Source: an uncultured Oligoflexus sp. (GTDB lineage: Bacteria; Bdellovibrionota_B; Oligoflexia; Oligoflexales; Oligoflexaceae). From it: 29,873 bases of DNA. Shown here piece after piece: positions 10,062 through 19,660 of the stretch (position 1 is the stretch's first letter; each line of letters begins with the position of its first letter). Location of the stretch: positions 1 through 29,873 of the forward strand of contig CAXSGP010000057.1 in NCBI GenBank assembly GCA_964236955.1. The letters are read 5' to 3'. Made by a program: the position numbers and the translations under genes. The notes beneath the pieces were generated by a model. The model made no database searches and was not told where the DNA came from. It saw only the letters and a program-made list of their open reading frames with translations.

Positions 10062-10091
10062 TTGACCGCATCGAGAGCAGCCAGATAAGCT
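10062..10091 (+). promoter_or_regulatory. Putative sigma70 promoter at the head of the dcw cluster
   Basis: TTGACC-N18-TAAGCT about 85 nt upstream of the rsmH ATG. Confidence 0.35.
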
Positions 10092-10175
10092 AGAGATAGA
10101 GGAATATCAACATTCCCGTTGCCCAATGCCTGTCGCTGCATTATGACAAGCCTCCCACAGAAGGGAGATCAATCT

Positions 10176-11147
10176 ATGACTTCGCCGATTCCGTTTGAGC
10201 ACATCACCGTCCTTCGTGACGAGCTTTTGGATAGCCTGGGTTTAGCCCCAGGTGATTATGCAGTTGATTGTACCGCCGGGGGTGGCGGCCACACGCAGGG
10301 ACTTCTGGAGCGCGTCGGGCCGCGGGGAAAGGTCATCGCCATCGATCGTGACCCCTGGGCCCAAAGTGTTTTGAAGCGGCGTTTTGACAAGGAGCTGGCA
10401 AGCGGCCAATTGGAATTGATTGCAGCGCCCTTTTCCCAAATCACGCATGAACTAAGCCAAAGAAACCTTGTAGCGAAAATCCAAGGCCTTTGTGCGGATA
10501 TCGGCGTGTCCTCGCCGCAGCTCGATGCTGCCGAACGGGGCTTTTCCTTTGCCAAGGATGGACCGCTCGATATGCGCATGGATCAAAGCCAGGGTATTAC
10601 GGCGGCTGAAATCGTCAATGAGTGGTCGGTGCCGGAGCTTACCCGGCTCTTTCGGGTCTACGGCGAAGATCCGCAGGCGCGGCGCATCGCCCAAGCCATT
10701 GAAAGGGAGAGAACCAAACATCCCTTCGAACGAACGCTTGACCTTGCTGATCTCATTGCCCAGTCGGTGCATTATAAAGAGCGCAGCCGAAAGCATCCGG
10801 CGACGCGAGTCTTTCAAGCCTTACGCATCGAGGTCAATGGCGAGCTGCGGGAACTTGAAGCCTTGCTCGCGCATGTGGGGGCCACGCTCAAACCCAACGG
10901 GCGCTGTGCGATTATCAGTTTTCACTCGCTTGAGGATCGACTGATCAAAAACGCCTTCCGCGCCTTGGCCGAAGGCCACGTGAAGCATATCGACAAACGC
11001 CTGCCGATCACTGCGGTAGAGATCGATAAACTTAAGAAGTTTACAATTATCAAGCCATTTCCTAAAATTCCCGGGGACCTTGAATTGGAAAGGAATCCGC
11101 GGAGTCGCAGCGCCAAGCTTAGGGTCATCGAAAAAAAGGGAGAGTGA
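10176..11147 (+). CDS. rsmH: 16S rRNA m4C1402 methyltransferase
   Basis: HITVL, DCTAGGGGHT, DIGVSSPQLD..ERGFSF..DGPLDMRMD, HPATRVFQALRIEVN, SFHSLEDR, NPRSRSAKLR. ATG 10176 follows AAGGGAG. Confidence 0.96.
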   Translation: MTSPIPFEHITVLRDELLDSLGLAPGDYAVDCTAGGGGHTQGLLERVGPRGKVIAIDRDPWAQSVLKRRFDKELASGQLELIAAPFSQITHELSQRNLVAKIQGLCADIGVSSPQLDAAERGFSFAKDGPLDMRMDQSQGITAAEIVNEWSVPELTRLFRVYGEDPQARRIAQAIERERTKHPFERTLDLADLIAQSVHYKERSRKHPATRVFQALRIEVNGELRELEALLAHVGATLKPNGRCAIISFHSLEDRLIKNAFRALAEGHVKHIDKRLPITAVEIDKLKKFTIIKPFPKIPGDLELERNPRSRSAKLRVIEKKGE

Positions 11148-11151
11148 GACA

Positions 11152-11421
11152 ATGAAATCGTTCTTAAAGAAACTTTGGTATCAAGCTCCACTGGCGATTC
11201 TTGCTACACTGTTTCTTGTTGCCAGTTTGAAGGCCTACGTTCGTATCCAGACTACCCTAATTGGGTATCGAATCGGGCAATTCAAGCAGATGGAATCGGA
11301 ACTGTTGGAAACCCAAAGTACCTTGAAGATGGAACTTGCAAAGATTTCCACGAAACAAAATCTTTTGCAAACCTCAGGGAAAGGGCCTCAACCTAAAAGT
11401 GAAGGCTGGGCGGTGCATTGA
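11152..11421 (+). CDS. ftsL: Cell division protein FtsL-like
   Basis: 89 aa between rsmH and ftsI: short basic N-terminus, one TM helix, leucine-zipper coiled coil (ESELLETQSTLKMELAKI). Confidence 0.7.
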   Translation: MKSFLKKLWYQAPLAILATLFLVASLKAYVRIQTTLIGYRIGQFKQMESELLETQSTLKMELAKISTKQNLLQTSGKGPQPKSEGWAVH

Positions 11422-13223
11422 AGATCCAATCGCTGAAACAGCACTGGCGCCAGTGGACTCGTCCCAACCAGGCTGTGGAATCGTTTCGAAGTGAACGAGG
11501 CAAAGCACTCAGTATCGCCTTCTTCGTTATCTTCGTCGTCGTCGCAATCAGGGCCGTTACAATTCAGGTGCTCTCACCGAGTGCTGATATTCTCGAGCGA
11601 CTGGCCAGTCGCCAATATCAAACCAAGATCGACCTGGCTCCCTATCGCGGCAATATTTATGATCGGCGGGGCGAGCCGTTGGCCATCAGCATTCGCCGCC
11701 CCTCATTCTATATCAATCCTCGCGTCTTTGATCCCAGTCGCGAGGAGACCAAAAAGCTCGCAAAAATTTTGAATATGACCTATGGCAAAGTCAAAGAAAT
11801 CGCCGATCGTAGGAACTATTTTGCCTGGTTGGCCCGTAAAATCGAACGCGCGCAGGCCGATCAGCTCAACGCCTTAAAAATCGACGGTGTTTGGGAGATT
11901 ACCGAGCCTTCCCGCTTTTATCCCAGCGGTTTGGAGATGGCTCCCATCCTGGGGACGGTTGGCATCGATAACAACGGTTTGAGCGGCCTTGAACTAGCCT
12001 ATGAAAAAATTCTTAAAGGCGACAGCCTTACCACCTATCGCCATCGCGACGCGCGCGGCAAGGCCATCTATCAGGACTCTATCCTCGCCTCCCCGGAAAA
12101 AACCGGGCAAAACATTGTCCTTACCATTGACAGCGCGATCCAGGATATCGCCCAGAGCGCGCTGGAAAAGGGTTTGATCGCCGCCCAGGCCAAAAGCGGT
12201 TTTGCTATAGTCTCAGATCCTCACACCGGCCGCATCCTCGCCCTAGCCAATCACAGTCTGCGTGCTCATGCCGGCTCGACGGAAGATGAAAGCCAAAGAA
12301 ACTTCGGCCTCAACGATACCTTTGAACCGGGCTCTGTCGTCAAACCCCTACTGATCGGCAAGGTCCTTGACGCTGGCCTGGTAAAGATCGAGGAGATGCA
12401 TAATACCTATAATGGTTTTTATCGCGAAGGCAGCATCCGGATTCACGATGATCACCCTCTGCCGACGATGAACACCGAAGAGGTCATCACCCACTCGAGC
12501 AATATCGGCACCTATCATATCGTCAAGCGTCTCGGTCCCGAGCGCCTTTATAAAGCCTATCTCGACCTTGGTTTTACGGGCAAAGATCAGCTCCTCGGCA
12601 TCTCCGGGCAAAGCCGAGGCCGGCTCTCGCGTTGGGAAAAATGGGCTCCGTCGCGCTTTGCCAATCTTGCTTTTGGCCAGGGCATCGCCGTCACGGCGAT
12701 GGAAATGGTGCAGGCCTACGGGGCAATTGCCAATGGCGGCACCCTGATGAAGCCTTATCTTATTGATCATATCGAATCGACCGAAGGCGGCATGCTCGAA
12801 GCTCACTCGGCAGAGATGTTAAGGCGGGTCTACTCGCCAGAGGCAGCCTTCAAGATTCGTGGCATTCTGCAGAAGACGGTTGAGGAAGGCACCGGCGGCG
12901 CGGCCAAGGTCGCCGAATATACGACCGCCGGCAAAACGGGAACCTCACAAAAATTTGACATCACCACCCATAGCTACTCGGCCAATCTTCGGGTCGCCGG
13001 CTTTATCGGTTTTGCTCCCGCTACCGACCCGCATCTCGTGATTTACGTCGTGGTGGATGAGCCCGGGGCGAAAACAGGTTATGGCGGGCTTTGGGCGGCG
13101 CCGGTCTTTCGGGAAATCGCCGAAGAGAGTCTGCGCTATCTCAACGTTGCCCCAGATAAATTCGTGCCAAAAGACAACCTGGCTAAAGGCAGTCCAAATG
13201 TTCTAAAAAAGTCGGCTAATTAG
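11418..13223 (+). CDS. ftsI: Class B penicillin-binding protein PBP3 (septal transpeptidase)
   Basis: RGNIYDRRG, SRFYP, GLSGLE motifs; catalytic SxxK (EPGSVVK), SxN (HSSN) and KTG (GKTGT); dcw position. No PASTA domain evident. Exact start uncertain. Confidence 0.93.
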   Translation: MKIQSLKQHWRQWTRPNQAVESFRSERGKALSIAFFVIFVVVAIRAVTIQVLSPSADILERLASRQYQTKIDLAPYRGNIYDRRGEPLAISIRRPSFYINPRVFDPSREETKKLAKILNMTYGKVKEIADRRNYFAWLARKIERAQADQLNALKIDGVWEITEPSRFYPSGLEMAPILGTVGIDNNGLSGLELAYEKILKGDSLTTYRHRDARGKAIYQDSILASPEKTGQNIVLTIDSAIQDIAQSALEKGLIAAQAKSGFAIVSDPHTGRILALANHSLRAHAGSTEDESQRNFGLNDTFEPGSVVKPLLIGKVLDAGLVKIEEMHNTYNGFYREGSIRIHDDHPLPTMNTEEVITHSSNIGTYHIVKRLGPERLYKAYLDLGFTGKDQLLGISGQSRGRLSRWEKWAPSRFANLAFGQGIAVTAMEMVQAYGAIANGGTLMKPYLIDHIESTEGGMLEAHSAEMLRRVYSPEAAFKIRGILQKTVEEGTGGAAKVAEYTTAGKTGTSQKFDITTHSYSANLRVAGFIGFAPATDPHLVIYVVVDEPGAKTGYGGLWAAPVFREIAEESLRYLNVAPDKFVPKDNLAKGSPNVLKKSAN

Positions 13224-13252
13224 TGCTCACTGTTCCAAGGAGGACGAACGTC

Positions 13253-14632
13253 ATGCTGAGCTCATTTATGAGCAGTCACGGTTGGGATCATAAGAGTTTG
13301 CTGGTACCCGAGGGCCTGGCGTCGCTCATTCAAACCGATAGCCGAAAGGTCACGCGCGGGCAGTGGTTTGTGCCGATTATTGGCGCCACGCATGACGGTC
13401 ATAAATTTATCGAAAAGGCCTGCGCCCTCGGGGCTGCTGGATTCTTATATGCCCGCAGTCATGCCGCAGGATTAAGTCCCGCCGTGCAGGCGCGCGGAAT
13501 AGCGGTCGACAATACGACCAGGGCCCTTCAGGATCTGGCTCAATGGTGGCGCGCGCAGCATCCCCAATGTCAGGTGATTGGCATCACCGGTTCCTCGGGC
13601 AAAACCAGCGTCAAAGAGCTTTGTGCTGAAATGTTGAGCAGCATCGCCCCGACGCTCAAAACCGTCGGCAGCCTTAACAATGAGCTGGGCGTACCCCTTA
13701 CCCTTTTGCAGCTGACGGCTGCTCATCAGTTTGCCGTCATTGAGATGGGCGCCCGCCATTGCGGGGATATAGCCTTTCTCACCAAAATCGTTCAGCAAAG
13801 CCTCGGTGTTCTCATCAATGTCGGCAGTGCCCATATTGGCGAATTCGGGGGCCGCGAGCAGCTGCTGGCCACCAAAATGGAAATCGCCGAGGCTCCTGCC
13901 GCCGTCTACTTTCGAGACGATGAGCGGCTGCATGCGGCGATGCAAAACAAAAGCGGCCTGAAAAAAACCTTAAGTTTTGGCCGACACGAGCAGGCCGATG
14001 TGCGTATTCTAAGCGAGATCTTAGATAAAAACGGCCAGCTCGAACTCAAGCTCCGTCTCGAGACCCAAAGTTACTCCCTGGTGCTTCCCTATTTTCATGA
14101 GGTCCATGCCCTGAATGTCGCCTGCGCTTTGGCCATCGCCCTAAGCCTTGGATTGCAAATCGAGGCTTGTTTTGAGGGATTGAAGCGCTACAACGGCATC
14201 AAAGGGCGCTTTCAGGTCCATCGCCTGCCGACCTACACCCTCATCGACGACGCCTACAATGCCAACCCCCAAAGCATGCGGGCGGGCCTGGAAACCCTCT
14301 CCAAAGCCTTTCCCGTCGCCAAGAAAATCCTTATCCTTGGCGATATGCGTGAGCTTGGGGACGAGACCGAGCAGGCCCACCGCGAGCTCGGCGCCTACTG
14401 TGCCGAAGCCATCAAGCCCGAACTTCTCATCACGGTCGGCGACAGCAGCCGCTGGGTCGAAGAGGCTGCCTTGGCCCGCGGCTTGGCGCGCGATAGGCTC
14501 CTTCACTTTAATGATGTCGAGGCCCTCCTGCCTCAAGTCAAACTTATTGCAAGCCGTGGTGATCTTCTTTACGTAAAAGCCTCAAATGGTTTAAAGTTAT
14601 TCAAAATCATCGATACGCTGCTGACAGCATAG
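13253..14632 (+). CDS. murF: UDP-MurNAc-tripeptide--D-Ala-D-Ala ligase
   Basis: TDSRKV, DGHKF, GITGSSGKTSVKE, NNELGVPLTL, EMGA, DDAYNANPQSM, LGDMRELG, VKASNG. ATG 13253 with AAGGAGG RBS. Confidence 0.93.
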   Translation: MLSSFMSSHGWDHKSLLVPEGLASLIQTDSRKVTRGQWFVPIIGATHDGHKFIEKACALGAAGFLYARSHAAGLSPAVQARGIAVDNTTRALQDLAQWWRAQHPQCQVIGITGSSGKTSVKELCAEMLSSIAPTLKTVGSLNNELGVPLTLLQLTAAHQFAVIEMGARHCGDIAFLTKIVQQSLGVLINVGSAHIGEFGGREQLLATKMEIAEAPAAVYFRDDERLHAAMQNKSGLKKTLSFGRHEQADVRILSEILDKNGQLELKLRLETQSYSLVLPYFHEVHALNVACALAIALSLGLQIEACFEGLKRYNGIKGRFQVHRLPTYTLIDDAYNANPQSMRAGLETLSKAFPVAKKILILGDMRELGDETEQAHRELGAYCAEAIKPELLITVGDSSRWVEEAALARGLARDRLLHFNDVEALLPQVKLIASRGDLLYVKASNGLKLFKIIDTLLTA

Positions 14633-14645
14633 GGCAGGACTAACA

Positions 14646-15719
14646 TTGATCTATAACATTGTGCATCAGATCGCAGACAGCTTGAGCCTACTCAACGTAG
14701 TGCGTTACATCACCTTTCGCTCTATGGCGGCGCTGCTCTCGGCCCTTGCGATCAGCCTGATGCTATCGCCCTGGTTTATCAAAAAGCTCAAAAGCAGGCA
14801 GATCGGACAGCAGGTCCGAGATGATGGACCGAAGTCGCATTTTTCCAAGGCCGGCACCCCTACGATGGGTGGCGGCCTTATCCTCGTGGCGACGATAGTC
14901 CCCGCGCTTTTATGGATGGACTGGTGGAATCCCCACGTCTGGCTCATCACGCTGCTCACCATTGGCTACGGTCTTATTGGTTTTACCGACGATTATTTGA
15001 AGGTTTCCAAAAAGAATACGAAAGGCCTTTCAAGCAGGAAAAAACTATTAGGCCAATTTTTGATTGCCACTATCATTTGCTCAGGACATTTCTATATCTA
15101 TCGAAATTCCGACCTGCATTTTCCCTTCTTTAAGGAATGGGTCGTCGATCTCGGTTGGCTATATGTACCATTCACCGTGTTTGTGATCGTCGGCGCCAGC
15201 AACGCGGTAAACCTCACCGATGGGCTTGACGGTCTGGCCATCGGCCCGGTGATGACCACCGCCGGCTGTTTTTTGATCCTCTCCTACGTCGGAGGCAATA
15301 CCAAGTTCTCTGAGTATCTGCAGCTCCACTACCTCAGGGATACCGGGGAACTCGCGATCTTTTGTGCGGCGCTGATCGGCGCTGGGATGGGCTTTCTTTG
15401 GTATAACACCTACCCGGCCCAGGTGTTCATGGGCGATGTGGGCTCGCTGCCCTTGGGCGGAGCCTTGGGGGCCATCGCCGTCTTCACTAAGAACGAAATC
15501 CTGCTCGTGATCGTCGGCGGGATCTTTGTCGTCGAAGCCCTCTCCGTAATCACCCAGGTTGCCTCGTTTAAGCTAACGGGCAAGCGCGTGTTTCGCATGG
15601 CGCCCATCCATCACCACTTTGAGCTTAAGGGTTGGCCCGAGCCGCGGGTGATCGTGCGCTTTTGGATCATTTCGATTATTCTGGCAATTATCGGTCTCAT
15701 GAGCCTCAAGCTCCGATAA
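14646..15719 (+). CDS. mraY: Phospho-MurNAc-pentapeptide transferase
   Basis: KAGTPTMGG, DDYLK, SNAVNLTDGLDGLA, FMGDVGSL, MAPIHHHFE motifs; TTG start. Confidence 0.97.
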   Translation: MIYNIVHQIADSLSLLNVVRYITFRSMAALLSALAISLMLSPWFIKKLKSRQIGQQVRDDGPKSHFSKAGTPTMGGGLILVATIVPALLWMDWWNPHVWLITLLTIGYGLIGFTDDYLKVSKKNTKGLSSRKKLLGQFLIATIICSGHFYIYRNSDLHFPFFKEWVVDLGWLYVPFTVFVIVGASNAVNLTDGLDGLAIGPVMTTAGCFLILSYVGGNTKFSEYLQLHYLRDTGELAIFCAALIGAGMGFLWYNTYPAQVFMGDVGSLPLGGALGAIAVFTKNEILLVIVGGIFVVEALSVITQVASFKLTGKRVFRMAPIHHHFELKGWPEPRVIVRFWIISIILAIIGLMSLKLR

Positions 15720-15733
15720 GGGAAGAGGTTCCT

Positions 15734-17083
15734 ATGCTGCGTTATCTTATTGTCGGAGCGGGTCGTTCGGCCCTTGGTGCCACCCGCCTTCTCCTTCGCG
15801 ATGGCCACGCAGTCACGATTTCCGATATCGAGGAAAAATTTCCAGCTGCCCTCACCGCCATTCGAAGCTCGGGAGCCCGTGTCATCATTGGTCCCCAGGG
15901 GGAAGAGCTGCTCGATGGCATCGACCATGTCGTCGTCAGCCCTGGCTTGTCACCGAACATAGCTTTGCTCCAGGCCGCCCGACGCTTAAAGATTTCTATT
16001 CTCAGCGAAATCGATATCGCCATGGAACGCTTTCAGGGCTTGGTCCTCGGGGTGACCGGTACCAACGGCAAGTCGACCACAACTCTTCTCCTCACCCATT
16101 TTCTCCAGGCCTCAGGCCTTGCCGCCGAGGCGTCGGGCAATATCGGTATCGCTCCGAGCCTTTTTTTAGCCGAGGGCAAAAGTCCCGCGGCCTTTGTCCT
16201 GGAACTCTCCTCGTATCAGCTTGAATACTCGCGGCAGCTTCCCAATCAGGTGGCCCTCTTTATGTCCTTTGCCCCCGATCACCTGGAACGCCACGGCACG
16301 CTGAAGGCCTATTTTTTAGCTAAATGGAAGCTCATTGAAGCCTGCCAGGGGCTCGTCGTGATGCCCCGAAAGATCTTGGAGTTTGCCAGCCAGTTTCAAG
16401 CGCCCGTCCCAGGCGCCCGGATCGCCCAGATTCTTATCGACGGTGAAGCGCCTTTTGCCTATGGCCAATCGGTTCCCGTCTTTGTCGATACCCAGGCGCA
16501 GACCGTGCGTTCTGAGCTTTTAAGTGGCTCTATGAAACTGCCCATGCCGCTTGAGATCCATAACCAATTGAATGTTGCCGCAGCTCTGATTGCCGCCCAT
16601 TTTATTCGGCCCAACCCGCTGGTGCTGGAAAGTCTAACGAATTTTTCCTGGCTCCCCTTTCGGTTCCAAAACATCGGCACGATCAAGGGTCTGCCGGTCT
16701 ATAACGACAGCAAATCGACCAACGTTGAATCCACCGAGATCGCGTTGAAAAGCCTTTTTAATCCCTGCATCCTTTTGCTCGGGGGTGCCCCCAAAGGGGA
16801 AAGTTATGCCCCTCTTCTCACTCAGAGCGCTAAGATTTTAAAACTGATAAGTTTCGGAGCCGCCGCGCCTCAGATCAATAGCGAGCTTGCGGCGCTTTCA
16901 CCGATAAGTTTTCCCACGCTTAAGGAGGCCCTGGGCGCCCTGCCTGAGCTTCTAAAAAGCAGTCGCGGACCCTTGGTGTTTTCGCCGGCCAACGCCAGTT
17001 TTGATGAATTCAATAACTTTGAGGAGCGTGGACTTTTCTTTAATGCAGCGCTCGGCGCTCTTCTCGATCCCAAAAAATTCTGA
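15734..17083 (+). CDS. murD: UDP-MurNAc-L-Ala--D-Glu ligase
   Basis: VVSPG, VTGTNGKSTT, GNIG, ELSSYQL, PDHLERH, NDSKSTN, SPANASFDEF motifs; ATG 15734 with GAGG RBS. Confidence 0.92.
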   Translation: MLRYLIVGAGRSALGATRLLLRDGHAVTISDIEEKFPAALTAIRSSGARVIIGPQGEELLDGIDHVVVSPGLSPNIALLQAARRLKISILSEIDIAMERFQGLVLGVTGTNGKSTTTLLLTHFLQASGLAAEASGNIGIAPSLFLAEGKSPAAFVLELSSYQLEYSRQLPNQVALFMSFAPDHLERHGTLKAYFLAKWKLIEACQGLVVMPRKILEFASQFQAPVPGARIAQILIDGEAPFAYGQSVPVFVDTQAQTVRSELLSGSMKLPMPLEIHNQLNVAAALIAAHFIRPNPLVLESLTNFSWLPFRFQNIGTIKGLPVYNDSKSTNVESTEIALKSLFNPCILLLGGAPKGESYAPLLTQSAKILKLISFGAAAPQINSELAALSPISFPTLKEALGALPELLKSSRGPLVFSPANASFDEFNNFEERGLFFNAALGALLDPKKF

Positions 17084-17139
17084 TTTCGTGTATTGTGATG
17101 GTACCGCCAAAACTATAAATCATCGCAGAGGAGCCAGGC

Positions 17140-18270
17140 GTGGGACCGATCGCCCGGGGACGCTTTTATCGCAACGCTCTCATTTTTACCGTGCTGATGC
17201 TGGTTGGGCTCGGACTGCTCGTGATCTACACCTCGTCGAGCATTCCCGCAGAAATTAAATTTAAGGACTCCCTATTTTTTGTGCGCAAGCAGGCGATGTT
17301 TGGGCTGCTCGGTTTTGGCTCGATCCTCGCCATGCAGTGGATACCCTTTCGCTTTATTGAAAAGATCACCCTACCCTTTCTCGTTCTCACGCTCGTGCTC
17401 CTGGCTGTAACTCTGATTCCCGGTCTTCAGCATAAGGCTAACGGCGCGTCGCGCTGGGTGAAACTTGGGTTTTTTACGTTTCAACCGGCCGAGATTGGCA
17501 AGCTGGCCTGGATCCTTTTCCTGGCCAAAAGTCTCAGTCGCCCGCAGTCACGCATCGACAAAGATCCCAAGGCCATCCTCCCTAACCTTATGCTGCTGGG
17601 CATTTTTGCCGTGCTCCTTATGCTGCAACCCGACTTTGGCTCGACGGTGGTCTACTGCTCGATGGGTTTTGTCATGCTTTTTGTCGCCGGATTGCCGATT
17701 CGCTATATCCTGACCGCCGGCGCTATCGGTCTGAGTGGAGCGGTCGCGGCCATCATCCATGCCCCTTACCGGCTCAAGCGCATCACCAGTTTTCTTGATC
17801 CTTGGGATACGATACAAACCGGCGGCTTTCAGATTGTGCAGAGTTACCTAGGCTTTCATAATGGTGGCCTGCTTGGCGCAGGTTTTGGTGAGTCGCGGCA
17901 AAAGCTCTTTTTTCTCCCCGAGGCGTACACCGACTTTATCCTTTCCGTCATTGGCGAGGAGGCCGGCCTTATTGGGGTGTTTCTGGTGATTGCCTGTTTT
18001 GCTTATATTGCCTGGTTAGGTATGAAGATCACGGCCTTGCAAAGCGACCCCTATAAGAAATACCTTGCCCTTGGACTAAGTTCTTTAATTTCGATACAGG
18101 CTATCGTAAATATGGGAGTCGCGATGGGGCTACTCCCCACCAAAGGCATGCCTTTACCTTTTGTTAGCTTCGGCTCAAGTTCCCTACTGAGCTTTCTGCT
18201 GATCATCGGTATTCTTGCTAAACTTGCGATTAGCCCGGATACACACTATGCCAAATCAAGTTCTTCCTAA
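17140..18270 (+). CDS. ftsW: SEDS peptidoglycan glycosyltransferase FtsW
   Basis: NGASRW, FQPAEIGK, QPDFG, FLPEAYTDFI, EEAG, PTKGMPLPFVSFGSSS motifs; GTG start with GAGGAG RBS. Confidence 0.95.
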   Translation: MGPIARGRFYRNALIFTVLMLVGLGLLVIYTSSSIPAEIKFKDSLFFVRKQAMFGLLGFGSILAMQWIPFRFIEKITLPFLVLTLVLLAVTLIPGLQHKANGASRWVKLGFFTFQPAEIGKLAWILFLAKSLSRPQSRIDKDPKAILPNLMLLGIFAVLLMLQPDFGSTVVYCSMGFVMLFVAGLPIRYILTAGAIGLSGAVAAIIHAPYRLKRITSFLDPWDTIQTGGFQIVQSYLGFHNGGLLGAGFGESRQKLFFLPEAYTDFILSVIGEEAGLIGVFLVIACFAYIAWLGMKITALQSDPYKKYLALGLSSLISIQAIVNMGVAMGLLPTKGMPLPFVSFGSSSLLSFLLIIGILAKLAISPDTHYAKSSSS

Positions 18271-19660
18271 GCTGCATTTAATCGGAATCGGTGGGACCGG
18301 TATGCGGCCCTTGGCAGAAATTGCAAACCGGCAAGGCTTCGAAATCAGCGGCTCCGATCAAAATCTTTCGCTGAATGTCGAGCGCCTGCTTGTTATCGGT
18401 ATTCCCGTTGCGATCGGCCACAGCGCTGTCAATCTTCCTGTGAAACCTTGTTGCATCGTCATTTCAAGCGCCATCAAGCCGACCAACCCCGAACTCGAGG
18501 CGGCCGTGGCACAGGGTTATACCATCCTGCACCGCTCTGATCTTCTCAAGCAGCTCATGGCCCAGAAAAAGGCGATTTGTGTCAGCGGCACCCACGGCAA
18601 AACCTCAACCACGGCGATGCTGGCCTTCATGTTGCATGCCCTTGGCCTTGATCCCACAGCGGCGATCGGCGGTGAACTCCTCGGCCTGCAGCAGGCCTCA
18701 TTAATCGGCCAGGGCGAATACTTTGTTGCCGAATGTGATGAGTCCGATGGCAGCTTTCTTACCTACGACCCTTACCTCAGCATCGTCACCAACATCGACC
18801 TCGATCACCTTGACCATTATGGTGATATAGAAGGATTAAAGACGGCATTTTTAGCCTTTCTCCATAAGACTCACAAGGACGGGCTCGCTATTGTCGGCTG
18901 GGACAATGCCATTGTCCGCGAGCTTATCGAGGCCTACGGCGGCGAGAAGCTAGCCTTTGGAACCCGCATCGGCAGTGAAGTACGCGGCCTTCGCTTCAAA
19001 AGCCTCGGGCGCACCCTCGCCTATGAAGCCGTAGTTGATAAAACGCTCGTGACAGGCGAAGCCGCATTGGTCGGTCAGCACAGCTTTCAAAACCTGCTCT
19101 GCTGCCTCGCCGTCGCCCAGGCCCTTGGTCTCGACGTGCACGCTGCCGCCAAAGCCCTGAGCCAATACCCAGGCGTTGCCCGGCGCTTTTCCCTGATGGC
19201 CGAACACAAGGGCGTGAAGATTTACGACGATTACGCCCATAATCCTGGCAAGATCCGCTCCTGCATCGAGGGTGCCCGCAGCGCCTTTCCCAAAGAAAGA
19301 ATACTCGTCATTTTCCAACCTCACCGATACTCACGTTTGGAAACTATGTATAATGAGTTCATGCAATCATTTGGAGCAGCTGACGAAGTGTTTGTTTTAC
19401 CGGTCTATGCAGCCGGGGAAACGAGTACGAGAGATTTCACACCAGCTCGCGTGGCTAAAGACATACAAGAGGCCAGCCGGGTTCAAGCATCGATGTATGC
19501 GGCTCCTGTCCTGCAAGAGCGTCTGAGCCACCAGCAGCTGCCAACCGTTCTCATTACGATAGGCGCCGGGGATGTGTGGCGACTAAGCCTAGAGTGGAAG
19601 GATTTCCTGCATGGCCCAGAGTCGGAAAAGAAAGAGCCTGCTATCCAGCCAAAAGCCTAA
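18248..19660 (+). CDS. murC: UDP-MurNAc--L-Ala ligase
   Basis: HLIGIGGTGM, SGSD, ISSAI...NPE, GTHGKTSTT, ECDESDGSF, TNIDLDHLDHY, DDYAHNP, FQPHRYSR, GAGD motifs. Confidence 0.94.
   Translation: MPNQVLPKLHLIGIGGTGMRPLAEIANRQGFEISGSDQNLSLNVERLLVIGIPVAIGHSAVNLPVKPCCIVISSAIKPTNPELEAAVAQGYTILHRSDLLKQLMAQKKAICVSGTHGKTSTTAMLAFMLHALGLDPTAAIGGELLGLQQASLIGQGEYFVAECDESDGSFLTYDPYLSIVTNIDLDHLDHYGDIEGLKTAFLAFLHKTHKDGLAIVGWDNAIVRELIEAYGGEKLAFGTRIGSEVRGLRFKSLGRTLAYEAVVDKTLVTGEAALVGQHSFQNLLCCLAVAQALGLDVHAAAKALSQYPGVARRFSLMAEHKGVKIYDDYAHNPGKIRSCIEGARSAFPKERILVIFQPHRYSRLETMYNEFMQSFGAADEVFVLPVYAAGETSTRDFTPARVAKDIQEASRVQASMYAAPVLQERLSHQQLPTVLITIGAGDVWRLSLEWKDFLHGPESEKKEPAIQPKA

Noticed and set aside
9750..10175. 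Possible mraZ pseudogene or sigma54 site (TTGGCAACGCCTTGA at 9961)
   Set aside because: No MraZ-like DxKGR motif or suitable ORF was seen, and the GG-N10-GC spacing for sigma54 is not met.
13185..13206. AAAGG...ATG-TTC-TAA mini-ORF at the ftsI 3' end as a murE start remnant
   Set aside because: Two codons carry no information and are consistent with chance.
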